Positions 38,460 to 49,898 of a stretch of DNA of 64,000 bases are shown in pieces. The notes under the pieces are model-generated. The model did not search any database, was not told where the DNA came from, and saw only the letters and a program-made list of their open reading frames with translations. The position numbers and the translations under genes were made by a program. Numbering within the stretch: position 1 is the first letter of the stretch; every line of letters begins with the position of its first letter. Source of the DNA: Squalus acanthias (taxonomy: Eukaryota); NCBI GenBank assembly GCA_030390025.1, contig JASTWF010000036.1, positions 1,612,001 to 1,676,000 of the forward strand, in the 5' to 3' direction.

Positions 38460-38850
38460 TACATTGAATTACATAGATTCCACAGCACAGAACTAGTCCA
38501 TTCGGCCCAACTGGTTTATGGCGGTGTTTATACTCCACACGAGTCTCCTCCCACTCCAATTACCTCTACCCACCCTGCACCCCACCCCACCACCCCCGTA
38601 TCCCTCTATTCTCTTCTCCATCATGAATACATCAAACCTCCCCTTAAATGCAGCAGTGCTATTTGCATCAACCATTCCATGTGGCAGCAAGCTCACCACG
38701 CTCTGCGTAAAGAAATTCCTCCGAAACTCTTTATTTGATCTGTTAGTGGCTATCTTATATTTCTGCCCCCTTGTTCTGGACTCGCCCACCAGTTACTCCA
38801 CATTGCCCCGCGGCCCCATCAATCCCCTTCATAATTTTATTGACCTTTAT
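38460..38850 (-). mobile_element. CR1 LINE 3' end
   Basis: Minus ORF GESRTRGQKYKIATNRSNKEFRRNFFTQ. Confidence 0.85.
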
Positions 38851-39689
38851 TGTCGCTCCTCTTACGAGCCTCTAAATGTTTGGCGCTCAATCCACTATTT
38901 TCTTTCAGAAAACACACTTTTCCTCCTTGCGCCAGTCATTCCCTCTTGTGTGCACACATATATATAAAAAAAATCCAGCTGTACATTCAGATACTACTGA
39001 CTGCGTAACTCAGCCCTTGAAGCCAGCAGCTCGTTAGCAGAGAAAGACCTCAGCGATTGTGTGTCTTTCAGTTCTGCCACGAGAATTGCTGACAAAGACC
39101 TCGGCTTAGGTCACCTTCTAAGAAACGAGGGAATCAGGCAGCTATCGAATTCACTTCAAAGTCCAGAAATGTAGCTGACTTCGGTAACCTAAGCGGCGAA
39201 TCTTGGCAGCTCAGCAGTGAATTGGGACAAAGACCATTAACCTTCTGGCAAGCGGCGTTAAATGAACACAGGACAGTCTTGAAATGAAGTCACTTCTGGC
39301 CCCTCGATGTAATTTTGTATTTACGGAATGACAGCTTTGAGCGTTGGGTATCCTCAATTATGCATGAGAGAGAGAGAGTTTGTAAAAAGCACCAAAATAT
39401 TATTATAAGCTTCTTCAATTCTTTAAGATCGTCTTTAAATTATTTTTAGGATATTGTAAGAAGTAATTTTTTTTAAAGTTGGATCTCGCTTCGGACACAG
39501 AGACGTCTGCTACAATTAATATTCACCCTGCCCTTGAGGCTTTCCTTCAAGTGAGCGAGCCCTTCCTCCGAAGAAACTGAGGGTTGGGTTATTTTTTATT
39601 AATAATCAAAAAAAATGAAAGCTGGTCGGAAATGATTGGTGTGATGATTTTCCGATTAACCCTTTGACGATGAAAGGAATCGCGCATGT

Positions 39690-39985
39690 TACTTTAAATG
39701 GTAGGATCCTAGGAAGGACAGAGGATCAGAGGGACCTTGGTGTGCATGTACATAGATCCCTGAAGGCAGCAGGACAGGTAGATAAGGTGGTTAAGAAGGC
39801 ATATGGGATACTTACCTTCATTAGCCGAGGCATAGAATATAAGAGCAGGGAGGTTATGATGGAGCTGTACAAAACGCTAGTTAGGCCACAGCTGGAATAC
39901 TGTGTGCAGTTCTGGTCGCCACACTATAGGAAGGATGTGATTGCATTGGAGAGGGTGCAGAGGAGATTCACCAGGATGTTACCTG
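39690..39985 (+). mobile_element. CR1 ORF2 internal fragment
   Basis: ORF QRDLGVHVHRSLK...LYKTLVRPQLEYCVQFWSPHYRKDVIALERVQRRFTRMLP. Confidence 0.9.
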
Positions 39986-40114
39986 GCCAGGTGAGGTAAA
40001 TGGAGATACAATCTTTTGGGATGTTCAAAACGCAGCTAAACGCCAGACTGGCTGAGTTCTGTTAAAAGGAACAAGCTTCAAAGGGCCAAATGGCCTTTCC
40101 TTGTCCGTGACTTT

Positions 40115-40325
40115 AAGAACTTAAGAAATAGGAGCAGGAGTCGGCCATACGGCCCCTCGAGCCTGCTCCGCCATTCAAGAAGATCGTGGCTGATCTTCTA
40201 CCTCAACTCCACTTTTCCGCCCGATCCCCATATCCCTCGATTCCCCGAGAGTCCAAAAATCGATCAATCTCAGCCCTGAATATACTCAACGACTGAGCAT
40301 CCACAGCCCTCTGGGGCAGAAGATG
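40115..40325 (-). mobile_element. CR1 3' tail
   Basis: Reverse match to the CR1 tail at 46890-47090. Confidence 0.85.
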
Positions 40326-40659
40326 GAATTCCTTAGGTGTCAATATAAAGCTGGATTCTTACATTGCAATTTTTTAATGGGATGATAGTTGTGAGAAATT
40401 GCTGTTGATGCTTTAGACCAAGAGCAAAATCAAGGACTAGCGGAACATGTCTCAATTAATGGGACTCTCCGAGGGACAGAAGAAAAATGAGACAAAAAAT
40501 TTAATCCTGCATTCTTTAGGGTGTAGGGCTGAAGAACTGTGTAGACTTCAAAGTAATCTGGAAAATTGATTAGCAAGAGAACAAGGGATGAGTTAGTGCA
40601 CTGATGAGCAGTGCCAGCGTGCTGGCAGTACATAGACTCTTCCGTTATTCCCCTCAAAC

Positions 40660-41140
40660 CTCCCACCATCTGAAGCAGTAAGTGGTAGGGTGGTGCTTCC
40701 CCTGCAGGACAGCTAAACCAGCCATGTCAACCTTTCCACATGTTCCAATAGCCGCTTCCAGAACAGCAGAAAGACCTGGAGATAAGTCAGTGCTCACTGT
40801 CTAATATGGGGCGAAATAAGCATTTTAAATTACAAGGAACCCAAAACCGTTGAACCATTGTATGGTTGTGCGGCTCTTGGGCTCTGGTCAACTTGCACAC
40901 ACGGATTGGAGTTCCACAGTTTCTATCTTACATCATCACACTTCTTTAATTCAGAGAACAATATTGAACAATTCTTGTGAACTTGGGACTCGGGCAGATC
41001 GCAAACGGGGCCAAAAAGCACGAGGGAACTCAGGGGAAGCGATTTCTTGCCCTGTATCCTGTCCAAGGTTGAGAGAGAGGTGCAAGAAGAGCCTCCCCAG
41101 ATATGGCAGCAGTGTTCCATCTTGGATGGATCAGGGAAGA
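40660..41140 (-). mobile_element. Ancient CR1/L2-group LINE remnant
   Basis: Minus ORF SKMEHCCHIWGGSSCTSLSTLDRIQ resembles the 'MEY..W....LD.IQ' ORF2 motif. Boundaries approximate. Confidence 0.55.
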
Positions 41141-41198
41141 GGTAATCTATTTGCTGTATGCAGTGACATCGTAAATACATTCGCAAAGATTTCCTCTA

Positions 41199-41735
41199 AA
41201 AGAAAGACTTGCATTTCTATAGAGCCTTTCACCACCTCAGGACGTTCCAAAGCGCTTTACAGCCAATGAAGTACTTTTGAAGTGTGGTCACTGTTGTAAT
41301 GTAGGAAACGCGGCCGCCAATTTGCACACAGCAAGCTCCCGCAAATGGCAATGTGATAATGACCAGATAATCTGTTTTAGTGATGTTGGTTGAGGGATAA
41401 ATATTGGCCAGAACACCGGGGAGAACTCCCCTGCTCTTTTTCGAAATAGTGCCATGGGATCTTTTACGTCCACCTGAGAGGGCAGACAGGACCTGGCCGT
41501 GAGATCTTTTACGTCCACCTGAGAGGGCAGACGGGACCTGGCCGTGAGATCTTTTACGTCCACCTGAGAGGGCAGACGGGACCTGGCCGTGAGATCTTTT
41601 ACGTCCACCTGAGAGGGCAGGTGGGACCTCGGTTTAACGTTGCGTCATAAACACGGCACCTCAGACAGTGCAGTGGCTCCCTCAGTAATGGCGTTGGGAG
41701 TGCCGGCCTGGATTTTGCGCTCAAGTCTCCGGAAT
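41199..41735 (-). mobile_element. Deu-SINE with an internal 45-bp tandem amplification (~4 copies, 41458-41630)
   Basis: CTTTTACGTCCACCTGAGAGGGCAG recurs at 41461, 41506, 41551 and 41596. Confidence 0.92.
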
Positions 41736-42468
41736 GGGGGTTGGTCAAGATTTCCCGGGCAACCATGTACAGACAGAGCGTACGGGTGAAAATCCCACTG
41801 CGCCCAATTCTGTCGCACACCAGGGGCTGCAAGACCACGGGCTGGGAGGGTGCAATGACCCAGTTACAACAGTGAGACAAATTTAGTCGTGGCAAACTTC
41901 AAACATCACTGTAATCCTGCTGGTGCGAGCCTTTCATTAAACACTTGATATACAGCCCAGCCCACGAGGACCAGTAAGTGTTTGTGTCTCCCTGGTATTC
42001 ATCATGGCTGAGAGCATAATTAACAGGAATGTGATATTATTTCGAAGAAGCTCTGCAGAATCACGCTTGCAGTTGCATCCTGTGGATAAAAGGTAGAGGA
42101 GAAGACAGCATCAGCACCTGTATTTAAATCAAAACGGCTAAAAATAGCAGCAAGATCTATAAAGTATGGTGTAAATGTCACTTATCCAATTAAGTTTTGA
42201 TTTGATCCTGATAAATTCTTATTATGAATTCAGAAAATAACAGCAGCCATATTTCAAAGGGGTATTCACCCCAGGCAGCCGTGGCTAATAGAGAAACATC
42301 AAAAGCAATTTTAATGAATTAAATCCCATAACACGGCTAGCTACAATTTTTGTAACTGTCCTGGTCTTGTTCAAAACTGAAGCATGTTGCTTTACTTTAC
42401 GGGCAAAAAAGTGATGAAGGCCCAGTTTGACATTATTTTAGTAATTTTGATTTCTACTTGTTTTTGGG

Positions 42469-43912
42469 CTCCCGGGTCAGGCACGGGTTAGATACAGAGT
42501 GATATCCTCCAGCACCGAGCACTCCCGGGTCAGGCACGGGTTAGATACAGAGTGATATCCTCCAGCACCCAGCACTCCCGGGTCAGGCATGGGTTAGATA
42601 CAGAGTGATATCCTCCAGTATCCAGCACTCCCGGGTCAGGCACGGGTTAGATACAGAGTGATATCCTCCAGCACCCAGCACTCCCGGGTCAGGCACGGGT
42701 TAGATACAGAGTGATATCCTCCAGCACCCAGCACTCCCGGGTCAGGCACGGGTTAGATACAGAGTGATATCCTCCAGCACCCAGCACTCCCGGGTCAGGC
42801 ACGGGTTAGATACAGAGTGATATCCTCCAGCACCCAGCACTCCCGGGTCAGGCACGGGTTAGATACAGAGTGATATCCTCCAGCACCCAGCACTCCCGGG
42901 TCAGGCACGGGTTAGATACAGAGTGATATCCTCCAGTATCCAGCACTCCCGGGTCAGGCACGGGTTAGATACAGAGTGATATCCTCCAGCACCCAGCACT
43001 CCCGGGTCAGGCACGGGTTAGATACAGAGTGATATCCTCCAGCACCCAGCACTCCCGGGTCAGGCACGGGTTAGATACAGAGTGATATCCTCCAGCACCC
43101 AGCACTCCCGGGTCAGGCACGGGTTAGATACAGAGTGATATCCTCCAGCACCCAGCACTCCCGGGTCAGGCACGGGTTAGATACAGAGTGATATCCTCCA
43201 GCATCCAGCACTCCCGGGTCAGGCACGGGTTAGATACAGAGTGATATCCTCCAGTATCCAGCACTCCCGGGTCAGGCATGGGTTAGATACAGAGTGATAT
43301 CCTCCAGTAACCAGCACTCCCGGGTCAGGCACGGGTTAGATACAGAGTGATATCCTCCAGCACCCAGCACTCCCGGGTCAGGCACGGGTTAGATACAGAG
43401 TGATATCCTCCAGCACCCAGCACTCCCGGGTCAGGCACGGGTTAGATACAGAGTGATATCCTCCAGCACCCAGCACTCCCGGGTCAGGCACGGGTTAGAT
43501 ACAGAGTGATATCCTCCAGCACCCAGCACTCCCGGGTCAGGCACGGGTTAGATACAGAGTGATATCCTCCAGCACCCAGCACTCCCGGGTCAGGCACGGG
43601 TTAGATACAGAGTGATATCCTCCAGCACCCAGCACTCCCGGGTCAGGCACGGGTTAGATACAGAGTGATATCCTCCAGCATCCAGCACTCCCGGGTCAGG
43701 CACGGGTTAGATACAGAGTGATATCCTCCAGTATCCAGCACTCCCGGGTCAGGCATGGGTTAGATACAGAGTGATATCCTCCAGCACCCAGCACTCCCGG
43801 GTCAGGCACGGGTTAGATGCAGAGTGATATCCTCCAGCATCCAGCACTCCCGGGTCAGGCACGGGTTAGATACAGAGTGATATCCTCCAGCACCCAGCAC
43901 TCCCGGGTCAGG
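42469..43912. repeat. 53-bp minisatellite (CTCCCGGGTCAGGCACGGGTTAGATACAGAGTGATATCCTCCAGCACCCAGCA), ~27 copies
   Basis: Direct 53-bp periodicity with very few variants. Confidence 0.98.
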
Positions 43913-43926
43913 TACAGAGTCATATC

Positions 43927-44078
43927 AAATGTTCCCTGTTTGTTTTGGGTGCGCGGGCCCTTTAATGGGCTGTGCGGCCCATTCAAATGTTCGCGCATGT
44001 GCGGTTTTTCTCCTATAAAAGCCGGTGCGCGGCCTGCATGGGGCCCCCAGAGCGCTTCGCAGCTTAACGGGAGCAATA
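43927..44078. mobile_element. Short hAT-like MITE
   Basis: 8-bp direct repeat GTCATATC at 43919-43926 and 44079-44086. Imperfect TIR AAATGTTCCC / GGGAGCAATA. Confidence 0.7.
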
Positions 44079-44199
44079 GTCATATCCTGTTTATATTTCC
44101 ACCTTGGTGCTAACAACAGCCTTGACTGTGGTGGTGGCACAGCACGGTAAAGAGTGCAGAGCCACTGTCTCTTGAGGAATGGAGAGGTACCTCAAGAGT

Positions 44200-44416
44200 T
44201 GTGACGTAATAAAGACTCACTACGCACTTGAACATAAAGCAAGGCTTTAATCAACTTGTAACAAAACATGGAGGTCTAGTTAGCAGTCACTAGCTTCCTG
44301 TTTCCAGATTGTCTCTGCCCAAGGTGGGCCCATGCCTGAGTATTTATACTCCCTGGACGGCGCCCCAGCTGGCCGCCCAGTAGTACTTCCTGAGTTGTTA
44401 CTTGCGATTTATGACA
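44200..44416 (-). mobile_element. Possible solo LTR
   Basis: TGT...ACA termini, minus-strand TATAAATA upstream of ATTAAA, and AGTT at both ends (overlapping the left T). Confidence 0.45.
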
Positions 44417-44678
44417 AGTTGGTCTTCCCATACTCCAATGGAGGCAACACCGCCATTGGCAGCGAATAGAAACAGTTGCCTCCCACTTCGCTGGCTGCCA
44501 TTTCCGATGGGTGCCAATAGGCTGATTGGCAGTCTATGCCAAGGGGCATCCTGTAATGCCCAGCAATTCCCTTCTCCCTTTTCTGGCCTGCACAGACCTT
44601 CCCCATGGTCAATGGAAAGGTCAGAGAGCAGAATTGAAAGTCCCAATTCACAACTTTCCAATGATGTAAGCGGCGCTG

Positions 44679-45176
44679 ACGTTGGTGCGCCTATCCTGCC
44701 AATGGATCCTGCCAACGCTCGATCAGCTCCGATGGGCGGGTCACATTGTCCGCATGCCCGATACGAGACTCCCAAAACAAGTGCTCTACTCGGAGCTCCG
44801 GCACGGCAAGAGAGCCCCAGGTGGGCAGAGGAAACGCTTCAAGGACACCCTCAAAGCCTCCTTGAAAAAGTGTAATATCCCCACCGACACCTGGGAATCC
44901 CTGGCCCAAGACCGCACAAAGTGGAGGAGAAGCATCCGGGAAGGCGCCGAACAACCTCGAGTCTCTTCGCCGGGAGCAAGCGGAAGCCAAGCGCAGGCAG
45001 CGCAAGGAGCGCACGTCAACCCAAGCACCCCACCCACCCGCCCCTTCAACCACCGTCTGCCCCACCCTGTGACAGAGACTGTAGGTCCCGCATTGGACTC
45101 ATCAGTCACCTGAGAACTCATTTTTAATGTGGAAGCAAGTCATCCTCGGTTCCGAGGGACTGCCTAAGAAGAGAAG
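44679..45176 (+). mobile_element. RTE (BovB-like) LINE 3' end with 11-bp TSD and 5' inversion
   Basis: ORF QLRWAGHIVRMPDTRLPKQVLYSELRHGKRAPGGQRKRFKDTLK, AAGAAGAG tail, and TSD AAGCGGCGCTG at 44668-44678 and 45177-45187. Confidence 0.92.
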
Positions 45177-45473
45177 AAGCGGCGCTGGAGATCTCAGTGG
45201 CTTTGATTCAGCAAACTCGATCCCGCCATTGGTTTTAATGGAGAGGCGGTGTTATGATAATTAGTTGTTCAGCTGTTCCAGTGAGGTCAAAAGTCTCATG
45301 AAAGTAATGGCGTGGCGTTAAATCATGGCTGAAGTTACTTATGTTAGTGATTTCCTGGGACTTTTGCATCGTAAGCTGGGCCCTGCGACATTGATACGCC
45401 GTTAGAATGGCGCAAATCTCCGGGCTGATATTACTCAATATGTGAGTCATTTATATCAGTGAGTCATTTATAT

Positions 45474-47090
45474 TAATGGACAGAAAACAGAGAGTAGGAA
45501 TAAACGGGTCATTTTCGGGTTGGCAGGCTGTAACTAGTGGGGTACCGCAAGGATCAGTGCTTGGGCCTCAGCTATTCACAATCTCTATCAATGATTTGGA
45601 TGAGGGGACCAAATGTAATATATCCAAGTTTGCTGATGATACAAAGCTAGCTGGGAAAGTAAGTTGTGAGGAGGATGCAAGGAGGCTTCAAGGGGATATA
45701 GACAGGCTAAGTGAGTGGGCAAGAACATGGCAAATGGAATATAATGTGGAGAAATGTGAAGTTATCCATTTTGGTAAACTGACAGGATCGGACAAAGTCA
45801 ACATGGATTTACAAAAGGTAAATCATGCTTGACTACTCTACTGGAATTTTTTGAGGATGTAACTGGTAGAATAGATAAGGGAGAACCAGTGGATGTGGTG
45901 TATTTGGACTTTCAGAAGGCTTTCGACAAGGTCCCGCATAAGAGATTAGCGTGCAAAGTTAAAGCACATGGGATTGGGGGTAAGGTACTGACTTGGATAG
46001 AAAACTGGTTGGCAGACAGGAAGCAAAGAGTTGGAATAAACGGGTCTTTTTCCGAGTGGCAGGCAGTGACTAATGGGGTATCTCAGGGATCGGTGCTAGG
46101 ACCCCAGTTATTCATAATATATGTTAATGATCTAGACGAGGGAACTAGATGTAATATCTCCAAGTTTGCAGACGACACAAAGCTGGGTGGGAGTGTGTGC
46201 TGTGAGGAGGATGTAGAGAAACTCCAATATGATTTGGACAGGTTGGGTGATTGGGCAGATGCATGGCAGATGCAGTATAATGTGGATAAATGTGAGGTTA
46301 TCCACTTTGGTGGCAAAAACAGGAAGGCAGATTATTATCTGAACGGCAATAGATTGGGAAAAGGGGAAGTGCAACGAGACCTGGGTGTCCTTGTGCACCA
46401 GTCGCTGAAGGTAAGCATGCAGGTGCAGCAGGCGGTTAAGAAGGCAAATGGTATGTTGGCCTTCATAGCGAGAGGATTCGAGTACAGGAGCAAGGATGTA
46501 TTGCTGCAGTTGTACAGGGCCTTGGTGAGACCACACCTTGAGTATTGTGTGCCGTTTTGGTCGCCTTATCTGAGGAAGGATGTTCTTGCCATGGAAGGAG
46601 TGCAGCGAAGATTCACCAGACTGATACCTGGGATGGCAGGAATGACGTATGAAGAGAGATTGGGTCGATTAGGCTTATATTTGCTAGAGTTTAGAAGAAT
46701 GAGAGGGGATCTCATTGAAACTTATAAAATTCTAACAGGACTAGACAGACTAGATGCAGGAAGGATGTTCCTGATGGCTGAGGAGTCCAGAACCAGGGGT
46801 CACAGTCTAAGGATAAGGGGTCGGCCATTTAGGACTGAGCTGAGGAGAAATTTCTTCACTCAGAGGGTGGTGAATCTTTTGAATTCTCTGCCCCAGAGGG
46901 CTGTGGAGGCTCAGTCATTGAGTATATTCAAGACGGAGATCGATAGATTTTTGAATATTAAGGGAATCAAGGGATATGGGGATCGGGCGGGAAAGTGGAG
47001 ATGAGGTAGAAGATCAGCCATGATCTTATTGAATGGTGGAGCAGGCTCGAGGGGCCAAATGGCCGACTCCTGCTCCTGTTTCTTATGTTT
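45474..47090 (+). mobile_element. Composite CR1: RT fragment (45474-~45775) fused to a 5'-truncated CR1 whose RT/C-terminal ORF is open (45829-47004)
   Basis: YLDFQKAFDKVPH, GVPQGSVLGP/GVSQGSVLGP and KFADDTK motifs. The QRVGING...FADDTK...KCEVIHFG segment occurs twice. CR1 tail ends at TTTCTTATGTT. Confidence 0.95.
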
Positions 47091-47746
47091 TTATCAGGTT
47101 CCGTCTTTGGTATGCACAGACTAGTGGGAGTTTTGTTCCAAAGTATATCTGTTTTATTACAGTTATAAAAGAAGCTAGAATACAAGAAGAAAAGAGGTTA
47201 AAAGACAAAGGGTACAATTACAACTTACTAAGTAAGACGTTGAGATACAACCTGCAAAGCTTAACATTACGCAGGTCTCTCATGACTCAAACCTCGTCCC
47301 ACCTCTGCCCGTTAACAGGTATAACAACCGAAACACGTACACAGATACTTTATACAAAAGTCCACCTCGATGCCCCCCTCGTTGGTGCGCCAACACAAAT
47401 GTGGGCACTCCTGAAAATATTGAAAGATATTTGAGAAAGTTGTGTGGTTGTCGCGAGCTCGTTGAATTGCTCGCAGCTATGTAAATGATTTCTGCTGTTA
47501 GTGCCACAGAAAATGAGTTGGTTCCCATTAATGACCTAACAGAAGGAAGATTAAAGGCAATAATGGAATCTGTTCTTGCTCGGGTGGAAGTATCTTAACA
47601 CTGAGCCACTTTTCCATTGAAGCAGTACTCCTGGTGTCAAAGTCACTTGGTAATGTAAAGGACCTGATCCTCGGAGCCCCAATATTATCAGTTTTGTGGG
47701 TCTCATGAGCTGCAGTCAGGGCTCCACTTAAAACAAAACCTACTTA

Positions 47747-48207
47747 AAAGAAAGAACTTGCATTTCTATAGCGCCTATCACAACCTCAGGATGTCCCAAA
47801 GCGCTTTACAGCCAATGAAGTACTTTTGAAGTGTAGTCACTGTTGTAATGTGGGAAACGCGGCAACCAATTTGCACACAGCAAGCTCCCACAAACAGCAA
47901 TGTGATAATGACCAGATAACCTGTTTCAGTGATGTCGATTAAGGGATAAATATTGGCCAGGACACCGGGGATAACTCCCCTGCTCTTCTTCGAAATCGTG
48001 CCACGGGATCTTTTGCGTCCACCAGAGAGAGTAGACGGGTCCTCGGTTTACCGTCTCATTCGAAAGACGGCACCTCCGACAGTGCAGCACTCCCTCAGTA
48101 CCGCACTGGAGTATCAGCCTAGATTTATGTGCTCAAGTGCCTGGAGTGGGCACTTGAAACCACAACCTTCTGACCCAGAGGTGGGAGTGCTACCCACTGA
48201 GCCACGG
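47747..48207 (-). mobile_element. Near full-length Deu-SINE
   Basis: Tail at left and tRNA head (CTACCCACTGAGCCACGG) at right. Confidence 0.92.
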
Positions 48208-49898
48208 ATTCTCTTCTATTGTTCCCAACAGAGGGGTTAGATCAGTGCTCTACTGATGGAAGCACTGCACTTCTGCAGTCTAAAGAGATCTGTTTACCAA
48301 TGTGTTCGACTGCATCATTGGCCATTCTCTCTACAGCCTTGGGGTGCCTAAGTCCCTCTCGGGTTCGAATCCCCGATGAGCAATCTTTCTTCCGTAAGGT
48401 AACTTTAGAAAATAAAATTACAAGAGCTGCCTAACCGAAAACAGCACATCTTGTTCCAAAAATAAGTGCGGAAATCCCCCTAGTGGCAAATCAAGCGTTG
48501 AAACTGAGAAGGCCTCAGGTGCTAGCTTTAAGTTCGATCAAGGTAGCACTCTCGGGGCATCCTGTGGAGGCTGTCCCCAGTCACACCATGGAACTGAGTT
48601 GCAAGATAATCCTTTCTTGGCTTGTGTGGGGACCATAGGACCTGGGCTGGGGGTGCTGAGGGATGACAATCTGTATTCTACTTAACATCATGCTCGGAGC
48701 AGTGACAGTGAGCTTCGAGAAGGCAAAGAATTGCCTGTAAACAGTAACGCAACACTGCATTTGAAAAAAGTGTATGAGGAAGGGGTAGGGCAAGATCTCG
48801 AGAGGAAAGGAGTGGAGAAGAGGCTGAGGAGCAGGAGAGAACATGGACTGAGAGGGTTCAGTGCCAGATACTGGGAAGACAGGGGAACATGGAGAGAGGG
48901 CTAGGCACCATGGGGGCAGTTAAGTTGAGTGGAGGTTTAAATATTTGGCTGTGAAACACTTGATTGCATTTATTATTAAGCAATCACTCTCTTCTATCAG
49001 TTATTATGCAATATATCTGAGGCGCGAACGCACTATCTCTCTCCACAATAAATAATGGATGCCCAGCAGTGATTACAAGGCAGCAATCTCATCGAGGAGT
49101 CCAGATTATAGCAGAGACCCCCAAGAGCAAAATTGAAACAAATTTAAAGCATTTGTCTGAACACCCAGATACGCTCACTGCCTCGAGTCCTCCATGAGAT
49201 GGCTCGATTCGATTTTTTTTCGCCCTACAGAGTCCTGCCTGTCAGTGCTCCGCTTGCCCCTCGTGTGTGATGGCATCGATGCTGAGAGAGGAAGGACTGT
49301 CACATCCTAGCTACGAGCTCATTAAGCATTAACTCGCTGTTGGCCTACGGCAGCAGATGTGAGGAGCTGTGTGATAGGAAGCATAGGGGAGGATAGACCC
49401 GCTGCGGAGTTTGAAATGCCTGAACCAGCTGCCCAGCAAGCCCCACAGTTCGAGTCTACATGTGTGTTTGGTGGGAGGACAAGGGGATGGAGAGAGCCCA
49501 ACAGAATATTGACCCTCCAATGACAGTGTACACGTTCATATGGACATCCTTCCTCCTCGATTTGAAACAGGCTAAGTGGGGCTGCAGGGGCGACTGGTTC
49601 GTTATTTATATTCACTGCAAATCAACCTGGCAGCTTGACTGGCATCTGCCCATCACTAGACACTGTGAAGACTGACCACCCTGTGGATCAGGGAGCTACT
49701 GGATAAATTGTCAAATAGCTCATTTTATTGGGAGAGGAGCAAACAGAAAACAAAAGCAAAATAGTGGAGCTTGCACTACATCCATACTCTGAGACTTTCT
49801 CAGGTCTTTGGTGTATTTCTTTGCCAACTAAAATGAATGTGCTTCTCCAAGTCACTCCTGGGAAAGGTTAGAGCTGGGATGTTGGATGTTATCTTCCA

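Noticed and set aside
42469..43912. CRISPR-like regular array
   Set aside because: The units are entirely repeated with no unique spacers, there are no cas genes, and the context is vertebrate. The same applies to the 21- and 27-bp arrays.
45829..47004. Functional reverse transcriptase gene or novel RT system
   Set aside because: It is a 5'-truncated CR1 ORF2 lacking the endonuclease domain and ORF1, followed directly by the CR1 3' tail.
47090..47400. Possible solo LTR on the minus strand
   Set aside because: Poly(A)-signal-like and TATA-like motifs are present, but I could not define TG...CA termini or a TSD.
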